NCBI GenBank assembly: GCA_010093605.1
Contig: MU004192.1
Span: 1,062,882-1,126,881 of the forward strand
DNA length: 64,000 nt
From: Lophium mytilinum
Lineage: Eukaryota
Reading direction: 5' to 3'
Under the pieces are notes generated by a model. That model worked only from the letters and a program-made list of their open reading frames with translations, had not been told where the DNA came from and did no database searches. Position 1 is the first letter of the stretch; each line of letters opens with the position of its first letter. The translations under genes and the position numbers were made by a program. Positions 48,201-60,289 of the stretch are shown piece by piece.

Positions 48201-51200
48201 TCGCTTGCCCTTTTTGAAGTCGAAGGTATCATCTGGGCTGGAATCGACCATTGAAATATCTTGCTGGGAAACAGCTGACGAAGGAGTCGCCCGTGTTCCG
48301 GGTGTGCGTGCTTGAGTTGGAGTATCGGGAGCAGCGCTCAGCTCGGTTTCGTCTTCATCCCAGTATGACTCGTCATCGTCGTCCGGGAGTCCGTAGGTGC
48401 TGAAGTGCTCCACCTCGAAAGTCCACTTGCCAGTGTCGATTTCAAAGTCAACAAACTTGGTGTTCTTGATTTCCTTGAGACGATCAATGTGCTTGTCAAC
48501 ACGCGGTCCCTTCTTCTCGTGAACAGGCAGACGACCAGCTCGAGTCCGTGGCCACGAGTTCTCGAGGCTGATACGAGACCTGACGTTCAGACCCTGACCT
48601 GGGGCGGCCTTGGTAACGTTGGAAGTAGGACCATAGACAGACGCTTCCCGAGTGACCAGGTTTATGACAGTGCCGAAGAAATTATTCAAGTCAACGGTGG
48701 TGAGGTCAACCGGTTTTAAGAAGTGGACCTTTCCAACCCCATCGCGGCCAACTGTAAAGTCGGGAACAGCCCGGAGGCTCAAAGACGGCCTCTTGAGCAG
48801 CTCCTCAATGGAGGGCGTCGACCAGTACGCACCGAGGTCCTGATCCTTTTGTGTGACGTGAGCCTTAGTCTTCTTGGAAGTCGAGTTAGATGCGCTATTC
48901 TCTGGAACAACAGCAAGTTCGTTGCCAGAGATCTGTTCCATGGGTGGTCGAGAGACATCGCGAGCAGGGGCACTGTTGGTGACAGGCTCCGGTTGGGAAA
49001 CAGGCTCCTCGACTTCAGTGCGAACCAAGGCATTGCTTGTTCCATTAGGTGTCGCTCCGTTGGCAAGACCATTGGCGAGTCCATTAGCATGAGCGCCATT
49101 CGCAGTCTGGTCGAAGCTGACAGACTTCTTGGGAACCGGGCTGGCAGTGCTATGCTCCATCCCGAAGAGAGAAGGCCGATTAGCCATGGTGCGGTTAATT
49201 TGGAGACGCTTCAGGCTGCCAGAGCCAACGAAGTCAGGGCCGGCCCGTGAGAATGCACCTGGCGTCAGAATGCTATCCTGGGGGTTGTACGCATTGCGCA
49301 GATTGCTGGTAGACATGCTCTTGCCAAGGGATCGCTGTGAGCTCATAAGGCTGTTTCCGAAGGCGGGGCTGCTGTACGCGCTGCCAGGAGTACCGTACGT
49401 GGAGTAAGAGAAGCCAAAGGTACCTGTTCGCTTCTGAGGAGTGATAAGACGAGTAGAGGCAGCGGGATTGAGCTTGTGCTGGGGAAGAGGCGTGGCCTTC
49501 TTGACTCTCACGCTGCTGGAGAGCGGAGTGGCCACAGGGCCGGGGTTCTGTTGGCTGCCGCCAGGGGTGGTAAAGAACATGTTATCGTTTCCGTACGGGT
49601 TCTGGCCCAGGCTGGTGTGCAGTACAGTGTTTTGTTGGGAGTTGCCCAAGAGACTGTTATTGAGCGGCTGCTGAAGTTGCTGCTGTTGGCTTCCTCCAAA
49701 TAAGCTACCCTGTGCTGCATTGTTCTGTCCTCCGAACAAGCTACCACCGGTATTAGCTCCCGCGGTAGATCCAAACAGCGATGGCTTCTGCTGTTGCTGG
49801 TTCTGCTGGCCAAAAAGGCCACCTCCAAGACCCGAGCCTTGATTCTGTTGATTCTGGTTGGTGTTCAGGTTGCCGAACAATCCTCCACCGGTATTCGCGG
49901 TGTTTGTGCTTCCGCCGAAAAGGCTGCCAGTTGCAGCAGGCTTGGCCCCGAATAGGCTGCTGCCTTGCTGCTGCGGTTGTTGAGTATTGTTGCCGAAAAG
50001 GCCGCCGGTCTGTTGCTGAGGCTGAGCATTCTGTTGGCCGCCAAACAAGGAGGTCCCCGCATTCGCCGTCGTGCTGGCACCGAAAAGTCCAGGCTTCGCT
50101 TGTTGCTGGGTATTTGTGTTGCCAAAGCCACCAAAGAGACCACCGCCCTGGTTCTGAGGCTGGGATTGTTGGGGTTGTTGCTGGTTCTGTTGGCCAAATG
50201 CGCCTCCGCCGCCGAACAAGCTGCCACCTGTTGTGTTCTGTTGCTGTTGGGCACCGCCGAATGATGTGCCCGGAGCAGTGCTTCCGAAGAGACCTCCACC
50301 AGTAGAAGCTTGGTTCTGTTGCCCGAAAGCTGGGGTGGCAGTGGACCCAAATCCACCTGCGGCGCCCGTAGTTGCGGTACTCCCAAATCCACTAAATGCA
50401 GGCTTGTTCTGAGTCTGGTTTTGCTGGCCGAAAAGGCCTCCTCCGGTGTTGGTGCTGCCAAAGCCACCAGTGGCATTGGATCCGAAGCCGCCCGTAGTAT
50501 TGGCAGTTCCGGCGGTTCCAAAGAGCCCACCACTTGACTGCGCGGTCGTGGCAGCTGTGCCGAAGAGACCACCAGTGGCAGGTTTTGCCCCGAAGAGACC
50601 ACCAGTGGTGGCATTGTTAGTAGCACCAAAACCTCCGGTGTTGGCGGCGGCGCCGAATCCTCCAGTGGTATTGGTGTTGGTATTTCCGAAGAGTCCACCA
50701 CCTTGAGTGTTTCCAGCGGTGTTCGTCTGAGCATTGGTATTGCCGAAGGTTCCCCCAAAGCCGCTGCTCTGACCGAATGCTCCAGCCTGACCATTCTGGT
50801 TGCCGTAACGTCTACCTTGGGCATAGTCGACGAGCCTCAACTCCTCGAGGGAGTAGGGCATGTATTTGGGCTGGAAGGTGATGGTCTGGAAATGCTGGGT
50901 TCCGCTAGTGCCATCTTTCTCGATAACAGCTTCGAACGGCGTGCTTGCTGTGCCATTGTTCGGTTCACGTCCCGCGGACGCACCGCCGAAACCGCCGCCA
51001 AAGGCAGGTTGGGTGGTGCCAGCAGATTGACCGAAACCTCCTCCTGTCGTATTGCTACCACCAAAAAGTCCGCCGCCAGTTGTGTTCGTGGTACCGAACC
51101 CAGTAGGTTTGTTTTGTTGCTGACCAAAGAGACCCCCGCCGGTGTTGGTCCCAAATCCTCCCGTGGTTTGATTGTTCGCCGTGGTTCCTCCAAACATACC

Positions 51201-51890
51201 GCCGCCAGCGGTTGATGTAGCGCCGCCTCCGAATAGGGGAGCGTTTGACGTGGATGTCGTGAAGGGCGAGGCACCAAACGTAGTCTTGGGAGCGTTGTTG
51301 GCGTTATTACCGAAACCTAGAGTCAAAAGTCAGTGAATGAGGCCACATATAAGTCAAGCCGCATCCGAATCGCGTCAGAGAGTGAAAGCGTCCAAGATGA
51401 CGCGCAAGACCGTAAGAAGCCATTGAGTGTAGTGGAATGACGGAGAAGCAAATTGACAATGCAGAAGGCGATGGTCGAAGAGAGTGGAAAGACGGCGCAA
51501 AGGACAATGCGGCTGGTGATCGTCGACGTACCTCCGAAGCCACCTCCAGTGTTGGTGTTCGTGTTGCCGCCAAATAGGCCTCCGCCAGTGTTCGCATTGG
51601 TGTTGGAATTGCCAAAGAGACCGCCGCCGGTGTTGCCGAAAGCACCTGAGCCAAAGCCTGGATATCGGAAAGTCGAGTTAGAGTCGCTCTTTCGAAAGCT
51701 CTGGTGACGCCCATCATCCAAAACAAATGGTCGACGGCGATGCTGTGGGGGCAATGCATAGAAAAAGGTGAGATGATCACGTACCTGGGTTGGAGTTGTT
51801 GTTAGAACCAAAGCCGCCGCCGAAGCTGGTGTTCTGCTGCTGGTTATTGGTGTTGCCGAAGCCGCCGCCAAACCCACCGAAGCCCGACAT
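45240..51890 (-). CDS. NUP98: Nup98-Nup96 nucleoporin precursor (Nup145/SonB/Nup189); introns 51784-51658, about 51531-51317, 47630-47473, 47241-47193
   Basis: GLFG/FG repeats, GLEBS-like motif (YSLEELRLVDY), autoproteolytic site WTFEVEHF|STY at about 48400, Nup96 motifs (DFRLATMV, LDWRRAFGLRLWY). Confidence 0.96.
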
Positions 51891-53002
51891 GCTCGCGACT
51901 GTCTACGCCGGGGCGTGGATGTAGGAAGCTGTCAGGGGCGCGGTTTGCGGATGGGTGTGTGGGAGTGGGTGAGGTTGTGGTGCGGAAATGTTTGGGGTGC
52001 GCGACGCGCTAGTTGATGCGCTGCGCTGGGGGGTTCGAAGAGGCCAGTCAGACAACGCTGGCTCGCGTCGCTGGTGGTGAGAAGAGAAGAAGGACAAGGA
52101 AACGCTCTAGCCGCCGTGGAGATGACGGGGTCGAGGAATTAAATAGGCCGTCGCGGGCAGAGAAGGAGAGACGGGGGGTGAGGTGAAAGGAATGGGGAGA
52201 GAGGTCGGGCTTGGGGGAGGAGGCGAGCGCACGTTGGCTTTGGCTTTGGCTGCGTCACGTGGACAGCGCACTCGGGCCAATCACGAAAGCATTCACTCAG
52301 CAGCACGGCAACACGACGGCACAAACTTCCTCAGTAACGATCATGTATTCTGGACTGCTTCGCTGCGGCAGCCCGGGGCGTCTTTATTGCTGGCTTGTAT
52401 TCGCTGCCTGACGGCTACCTAGTCGCGCCTGCTGCTGCCTGCCGAGACAAGACGTTGCTGAGCCCCGCACACACTACCAACGGTCTTTTCGAAACACTCG
52501 TCCTTCTAGTGGACCGTCTAGGCCCTGGTCTGTAGCGCAAAAGGTTCCTCTCTACGCGGGTTGGTAAGAAGAGCGGACTTGCAGTGCCCGCCATTGCCAT
52601 ATCGCCGTGCTGTGAGGGCCTCAGGTGACCCTCTCCTCACCCGCTCCAACCGCAGGAAAGCGGCCTCGCAGCGCGATCGGAGCACCGCCAGCCCGCCCAA
52701 TAATCGCAGCAGATGCGACCAAGGAACTGGCCTCACCCCTCCTTTTTGAGAACGCTCGGTTATAGAGATAGATGTTGGATGCCGAGAAGGCATACCACTG
52801 CCGTCCGCTTCAGTGCTAGCCCCTCGGCTGCAGCCGTGCTAAGCTTTCCACCACCAGCGCGACCACGACGCGAAACCTTGCCAGTTCAGACACAGCTTGT
52901 TCGCCCGCCTCATCACAAAGAACCCCCATACACATAATCACTTGCCCCCCCAGAAACGGGGTGTGACTCTACGCGCCATTCTCCGCCGCGCTCACAACGC
53001 CA

Positions 53003-53842
53003 ATGGCCACGTCCAACCACCCCAGCTATCCCTCCCGCTACACCACCGGCCTCGGACGCGCCGGCGCATCCTCCTCCGCCCCGCCAAACACCTTCAACAC
53101 GCCCGCATACGGCCCCTCGGGGAAGACAGCGCAGCGCATCGAGGCGGACCGGCTGGAGGCGCAGCGGCGGGAGCGCGAGGAGCGGGAGCGAATTATGCAG
53201 GCGGGGCAGAACCAGCTGGGGGAGTTGAGCGAAGAGCAGCGGGAAGAAATCGTCGAAGCCGTACGTCCCCAACCCCTCAAACCCTTTGAATATCCCCAAA
53301 TCCACAGTACCTCACTCGCGCGTCTGTACTCTGCGAATTGAGAGCCCAAACGCTGACCCCAGACCGCGCCCCAGTTCAACCTCTTCGACCTCGACCAAGA
53401 CAAGCACATCGACTACCACGAGCTCAAAGTCGCCATGAAAGCGCTGGGCTTCGACCTGCCCAAGTCCGAGATCCACAGCATCCTCCAAGCCCACGGCGTC
53501 CCCTCCAACCCGCAGCCGATGTCAAAGTCGAAGAACGCCGCCGGCTCGTCGCAACAGCCCTACCAGCCTCCCCCGCGCCTGCTCCTCCCTCTAGCTTCCT
53601 TCCAGACCCTCATGGCCGCGCGGATCCGTGATCGCCACCCGCAAGAGGAGATCCTGCGCGCCTTCGACCTGTTCGACGAAGGCGGCAAAGGCAGCATCAC
53701 GGTACAGGATCTAAAGCGCGTCGCGCGGGAGCTGGGCGAGGGGCTGCAGGACGAGGAGCTCGAGGCGATGATTGAGGAGTTTGATATGGACGGGGACGGG
53801 GCGATTAGTCGGGATGAGTTTGTAGGGATTTGTTTGGGGTGA
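53003..53842 (+). CDS. CDC31: Centrin / Cdc31 EF-hand protein (intron 53261-53374)
   Basis: LSEEQREEIVEA|FNLFDLDQDKHIDYHELKVAMKALGF...EEILRAFDLFD...MIEEFDMDGDGAISRDEF. Confidence 0.93.
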
Positions 53843-54325
53843 GCAGTGAAAGAAATGCCAGCTTCATGTGAGAGTTTTGTATGACGGTGTTTAGGTCCAG
53901 CCTGGTGTGATTGGCGTTTTGGATGAGCTCTTTTGGGTGGAGGCATTGATTGCGTGTTTGGTTTAGGGAGGGGCTCAATGGTCCAACGCGACGCGTTGGG
54001 TATGCGACGTGGTAAAAGAGAGCATCGAGTTGTTGGAGTGGAACGAGGACATCGAGCGGATGGAATGAACCAAGCCGCGTGTTTCACTCTAGATACCACG
54101 GAGCCTTCAAAGTGGCCACGCCTTGAGCGTTCTAGTTGCTTCTGGGAGTAATTCGAGGGTAATTGATACCCGGGTCAGGATCGAGAATTGTACCCATAGT
54201 CACGTTGCAGCACGCAAGATCGCCATTCCGAAGTCAAGGTCCTCCCACTAAGATAAATATGCACATTTGAGGGACCAGACCAAGACAAACAAACGAAACA
54301 AGATGCAATATACAGTATGCTCACA

Positions 54326-55951
54326 CTACTGACCAGGCGAAATCAGCAGGCCCTTCTTGTCCGAGCCCGGGGCCCATCCTCCCGCAAAGGCCTCCGCACC
54401 ATGCGCCTCCTTGTATCCCTTCACCCTCGCCTCCAACTCGGGCCTGAAATGCCTGATTAACCCCTGCAGCGGCCACGCGAACGCTTCGCCCAATGCGCAG
54501 ATGGTGTGGCCTTCGACCTGCTTGGTCAACTCCTGCAGCATGTCAATCTCACGCTCCCGAGCCATGCCCTTCTCGAACCGCTGCATGATCTGGTGCGTCC
54601 ACTTTGAGCCCTCACGGCATGGCGTGCACTGCCCGCACGACTCGTGGTGGTAGAACTTGGCGAGGCGGGTAATGGCGCGGACGACGTCGGTTGACTTGTC
54701 CATGACGATAACGGCGGCAGTGCCGAGACCGGATTGGGCGTCCTTGAGGGCGTCGAAGTCCATGAGCTGGTCGCCGCACAGGTGAGCGGGCAGGATGGGC
54801 GTCGAGGATCCACCGGGGATGACGGCTTTCAGGTTATCCCAGCCGCCAATCACACCGCCGCAGTGCTTGTCGATTAGCTCGCGGAGCGGGATGCTCATCT
54901 CCTCCTCGACGGTGCAGGGGTTGTTGACGTGACCAGAGATACAGAAGAGCTTGGTGCCGGAGTTACGCTCACGACCAAATGAATTGAACCAGTTGGCTCC
55001 TCTCCGGACGATTGTTGGGGCTACGGCAATGGTCTCGACGTTTGCGACGGTAGAAGGGCATCCAAAAAGGCCGACGGCAGCGGGGAACGGCGGCTTTAGA
55101 CGAGGCTTCCCAGGCTTCCCCTCTAGAGACTCAATGAGGGAGGTCTCCTCACCGCAAACGTAGGCGCCCATTCCACGGTGGATATATATATCAAAATCGT
55201 AGCCGGATCCGCAAGCATTTTTCCCAATAAGACCGTCTTTGTAAGCTTCCTGAATAGCTCGTTGGAGGACAGTCGCTTCGTGATAGAATTCGCCGCGGAT
55301 GTAGATGTAGGCAGCAGTGCAGTTCATAGCACGGCCAGCTACAAGACACCCTTCGAGGAGCTTGTGGGGATCCTTGCGCATGATTTCGCGGTCCTTGCAT
55401 GTTCCGGGTTCGCCCTCATCGGCATTGACAACGAGATAGCGCGGCTTGGTGTCCTTGTCCCAGTCCTTGAAGTTCATGAATGACTGCAGACATCAGCATT
55501 GGTCGTGGCATTTAATTGATGCAGGCATACCCATTTCATGCCCGAGGGGAATCCAGCACCACCTCGACCTCGGAGGCCGGAAGCCTTGATCTCGGAGATT
55601 ATCTAGAAAGTCTGGTCAGCTATGAGTCCACCCGTCTAATTTTCTACCATGGACACCAACCCAGTCATGGCCCTTATCCAGTATTTCCTTTGTCTTATGC
55701 CAATCACCATATTTCTTAGCACTAGCCAAATCTGCACCGTGGTGTCCGTAAAGGTTCTGAAATATCCTGTCTTGATCCCTTAGACCTCCATGGACCTTCT
55801 TCGGGGCACCCTCCTGGACGGTAGCAAATCGTCTCCTTTGAGAGGGAATTGATTGGGCGGTAGAGAGTCGTGAAGCGGCAGTGGCGGACGGAAGGACGCG
55901 GTGAGAGGCGGCGCTCAGCGACTGCGACGAGGGGGCATGCCGTGCGAGCAT
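54326..55951 (-). CDS. nuo-51: NADH:ubiquinone oxidoreductase 51-kDa flavoprotein subunit (multi-exon)
   Basis: [56 protein letters not shown]; mitochondrial presequence. Confidence 0.97.
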
Positions 55952-56938
55952 GGTGGCCAGTATTGGGCTTAATTCAGCTGCAATTGAGGCCCTTCCGGCG
56001 TTGATAGAGCAGAGGGGAGAGGTTTGCGGCGGGTCGGCTTCGATGATGCGACGATGGACGTTGATTTGAGGCGACCTCGTAAGGGACTTGGCAAGCGCTG
56101 TGATTGGTCTGGGAGTAGCCCCATATGAGTTCGTCAACATCAAAACAGCTGCGACATCTCCGCTGAACTTACTACAACGACGTCGCGTCTACAAAAAGGT
56201 CTCGAATGCGATCACTCTATAGCTCCTCACACTCACATCACATCTCATCTAACTAACCTCGAGCTCACTAACGTCAATCAAGCGGTTGACCACCTCGCCT
56301 GCTGATATTGTCACGACGCTGGAGACCTCCTCGTAGCTTCAATGTCAGACCGCATTGCCGAAGACACCGGCATGACTGGCACATGGTAGACTCACGAAAC
56401 CCAGCTGACAGCTCATACCCGGAAGAATTTGGGACGAGAGCAGTTTGGGACAGCATAGCTCGACATGCCTCAAATTTGCTACTGAGTGTTCAGCATCTGA
56501 CTCTAGTCGTGCTGATTAGAAGGCTACCTGGAAGCTCTCCAGATCCCTCTTCGATCTGGGCATCGCCTCGAGGACTCATTCTATCCGGCTGCCAGAAGTT
56601 CTCAATTCTACGACTCTGCTGTCGGACTGCCCCAGTATTCTGGATCCACTCGACCAGTTAGGTGACTTCTCAAAGCTATCCATTAACTTCTCTCAAAGCC
56701 ATCACCACCTCAAACATCTCGGAATTTCTGCCAAGATCAGTCAACTCCAAGGTCACTTTTGACTAGACAGTCTCATGGCATCTCCCACTTTCACCTCATC
56801 TAGTTTCAGAGCTCTTCATTCTGGGTCAATTTCCTATCCTATTCACCTCGGAGCTCAAGTTAGCTCCTTCAGTATATCACTCTGCTCATTCACAAATCAC
56901 CTCGAAGGTGACCTGACGGCGCCAAGAATCTGCCCAAG

Positions 56939-57922
56939 ATGCCCTACAAGCGTGCCGAATCAGTCGTGTCGGATCCTGCAATCTTGGATGCTCCTCATTG
57001 CCCGCCGATCATGTCTGACGGTAATCGGGACCGCTCGATTTGGCGTCCTGCGGATGGAAATGGGGATCCAAACCGGGAATTATTTATGAGGTCCTTCCTC
57101 AACAAATGGGGCCACCCAACATGGAAGCTTTTCATTGGAGATGTGGCGGACGAGATCGAACCGACCAAAAATGAACCGCCTCGCCACGTGTATCTGGACG
57201 ACAAGGCGGCGTACACGATTCTCAACCACAAAGCGTACACCGCACGCGAGCGATACCAATACTGGGCCTTCGACTTCAATCGTCAGGGCATGATCCGGAC
57301 TAATAGACCCAATCGTGGTCGGCCCGTGTACCAAGACGAGCATCAGCTCTCCTTTGCCAGCGCTCCTCAGCTGAATAGGCCTATCAAATACATATTCTCT
57401 GGTGGCCTGTCCACGACTCAAGTCCCTGTGCGCACCAATTCGACTCACTCCCAGAACGCGGCTCAAAGTCGAAGCTCTCACGAACCCACCTCCTATGACC
57501 TTTCCGGGAGCTTCAAACATCCGGAAGGACGGCCAGGATTGTCAGAAACGCCCTTCAATTCGAAGCCTGAAATGGCTCCACTCGTCGCGGCCTCTGAAAA
57601 CGGAGCAGATCGGCCATCGTTCTGCGCTGCGTCTACCGCTAATACAGGTGGCCTGGCTATACCCAAGGCTGCTCCAAAAGCTCATAATCCGGCCTCAAAT
57701 ACCGCTCTTTGGGCTTCGACCGATTCAGAGCAAGTCCAAGATAGCGCTGCCGGAACTCGGGTTCTCTCCAAGTCTCTCAATCGCAGCACTTTGAAAAGAT
57801 CTTTGTCGCAGGCCAAAATGACCCAAGCCACCCCGGACACCATCAAGAAACGCCAAAAGAGATCTGCAGGCTCAGGTTCGGGATCTAGTAATTCAATCTA
57901 CTGCTCGAGAGATGGGATTTGA
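56939..57922 (+). CDS. Hypothetical protein
   Basis: 327-aa ATG-initiated ORF with an aromatic-rich N-terminal half and low-complexity basic C-terminus; no family recognised. Confidence 0.55.
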   Translation: MPYKRAESVVSDPAILDAPHCPPIMSDGNRDRSIWRPADGNGDPNRELFMRSFLNKWGHPTWKLFIGDVADEIEPTKNEPPRHVYLDDKAAYTILNHKAYTARERYQYWAFDFNRQGMIRTNRPNRGRPVYQDEHQLSFASAPQLNRPIKYIFSGGLSTTQVPVRTNSTHSQNAAQSRSSHEPTSYDLSGSFKHPEGRPGLSETPFNSKPEMAPLVAASENGADRPSFCAASTANTGGLAIPKAAPKAHNPASNTALWASTDSEQVQDSAAGTRVLSKSLNRSTLKRSLSQAKMTQATPDTIKKRQKRSAGSGSGSSNSIYCSRDGI

Positions 57923-58129
57923 GGCTTTGAAGGTTCAAGTTTGCACAATGGTTTGGGTCTCTGTTCCTCCCCCACACGTTGCAAAATACTCATTGGATGA
58001 ATTATAGTCTTGGTTCTTCAATTTTGGCGTCTATGTACATAGCAGTGGATATCTCTGCCAACCTTCCAGGCAAGATGCTCTGATTTCCCCCAAAATGGCT
58101 TTCAAATGCGATTCAAATTTCCATCCGGC

Positions 58130-59555
58130 TTATAAGTCTGCATGTGCGACTCTCTGTACAATGATACCTGTGGCAGCTCCTCCGCCATTGCAGATTGCCG
58201 CCACGCCGTACTGACCAACCTCGAGCTGGTGCACTAACGTTACCAATATCCTGCTACCAGAGCTACCCAGTGCGTGACCGAGCGCGATGGCTCCTCCCCT
58301 TGGGTTCACGTTGTCACCGGTGAGGCCTATGATCTTCGCATTGGCTTTAATGACCGCAGCGAAGGCCTCGTTGAACTCCCAAACACTAATATCCTCCTTC
58401 GTAAGCCCGGACTGCGCAAGAATCTTCTTCACAACCTCCGCCGGCGCAATCGGGAAATCAATCGGATCTGTCACCATCGTCAGCACAGGCTTCACCTCAA
58501 TAGCCTCCCAAAAGCACTTACCAACAGCCGCATCCGCATACGTCACAATCCGTGCCAACACCCGACTATCCTTCCCAAACTCCTTCGCCATCTCCCCACT
58601 CGCGAGCACCAACGCACTCCCACCATCACTAAACGCCGACGCATTCGCCGCCGTCACCGTCCCCGTCCCATCCCTCACAAACGCCGGCTTCAGCGTCGGC
58701 AGCTTCTCCAGCTTCAGCTTATTATACCCCTCATCCTCCGTCACCACCGTCTCTCCCTTCCGTCCCTTAACCGTCACCGGCGCAACCTCCTCGGTAAACT
58801 GCCCCGCCTTCCACGCCGCCTGCGCCCGCTCGTACGTCCGCACCGCAAACGCATCCTGCTCCTCGCGGCCAATCTCAAACTTCTTCGCCGTGTTCTCCGC
58901 GCAGTTCCCCATGTGGATCTGGTTGTACACGTCCCACAACCCGTCGCCCACCAGCCCGTCCGCGAGCTTCTGGTCCCCGAAGGCGGGTTGCTGGCTCGCG
59001 CGGGACAGGTAGTACGGCACCCGCGTCATGTTCTCGAAGCCGCCCGCGATTTGCGCGTCGGCGTGGCCGAGCTCGATCGCGCTCGCGGCGAGGGTCACGG
59101 CTTTTAGCCCTGAGGAGCACACTTTGTTGATGGTGGTTGCTTCGACGTGGGTCGGTAGGCCCGCGAAGATGGCGGCTTGTCGCGCGGGCGCTTGGCCGAG
59201 GCCTGCGGAGAGCACGTTGCCCATGTAGACGGCGGAGATTTTGGAGATGGGGAGGGCGGTTTTGGCGAGGGCGGCTTTTATGGCGGTTGCGCCGAGGGAG
59301 GGGGCGGGGACGGTGGTGAAGGCGCCGTTGAACTGGGGACATAGTCAGCTTCTGAAACTCTAGGTAAAGAAAGGGAAGGTTTGAGGGGTGGAAGGGAGCA
59401 CGTACAACACCGGTAGGCGTCCGCGCCGCGCTGAGGATATACGCATCGCGAATCTCCTTCTGCGCGGGGCGCGCGGTGCTGAAGTGGCGCTGGACGGCGG
59501 AGAGGCGGGTGCTCGCGGTGGTGGAAGTCATCCTGCGGAAAGCTGCTGAAGACAT
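58130..59555 (-). CDS. erg10: Acetyl-CoA C-acetyltransferase (thiolase) with mitochondrial-type presequence (introns about 59403-59333 and 58521-58468)
   Basis: [48 protein letters not shown]. Confidence 0.93.
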
Positions 59556-59889
59556 TTCTGCAGAGTATACGCACGGTCGAAAAGCTTTGGGAGAAAAGAA
59601 AAAAATTAGAAGGACTGGCTTTCGGGGGGAAGAAAGCGGGTAGGGTCGTCACATTGTTGGTGGTTTATGAGAGGCTCTGGCGGGCGGAGCTGTGAGAACG
59701 TGGGGAATGCTCCGCGGTTCCTCGGTCCAAAACCGATAATTTTCGGCTTGCGTCGCTTTTAGCTGCGTAGTGGAATGTAATCATAAACGGGATTATTAAA
59801 CTGGTAGGTGTTTTGCCTCAAGCTCTAGGAGTCTCGTGGACATATTTTGTCAAAAAATGCTTCGGAATGAAACTGAGCAGTCAGGATAT

Positions 59890-59899
59890 ATCACGTGAC
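59890..59899. promoter_or_regulatory. E-box ATCACGTGAC (bHLH Cbf1/SREBP-type site) about 335 bp upstream of the thiolase start
   Basis: Motif match only; GTCACGTG also occurs upstream of cpc-2 (2144), at 33430 and between NUP98 and CDC31 (about 52254). Confidence 0.35.
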
Positions 59900-60289
59900 T
59901 CGGACGGACTAATGCGATGTCGCTATAACTATGAGTGACTTTAGGGATGCTCGAAGAAATACCAAGGGTACTTGACCAAGTCATCATATGCAATACTTTT
60001 GTGTTTAAACATGTGCTTGCAGAGTTTGCAGTATACACGCCAATCCGGGCTACCGGATACAGAACCGAATGGTGAATTTGAAGTAGTACAAGTATAAAGG
60101 GCCCTTCAACTTCAAGATCCTTCGTATTTTCTATCTATCAAGCAAGTCGTCATTAGACAGCGCTTCCCAGAGTGGCCTCGCCAAATAATGTAATCTGCAA
60201 AACATCAGAAAGCCAACATGGTGATAACGCTATGGGTAACATGGCCTCGTCCGAACCAGTAGGAAAGTGAGGAGAAACTTAGTCCCCAA

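Noticed and set aside
52455..52582. RNase MRP/P P4-like pair on the minus strand (AAGTCCGC ... GCGGGGCTCA)
   Set aside because: Spacing is too short and the conserved flanking residues are missing
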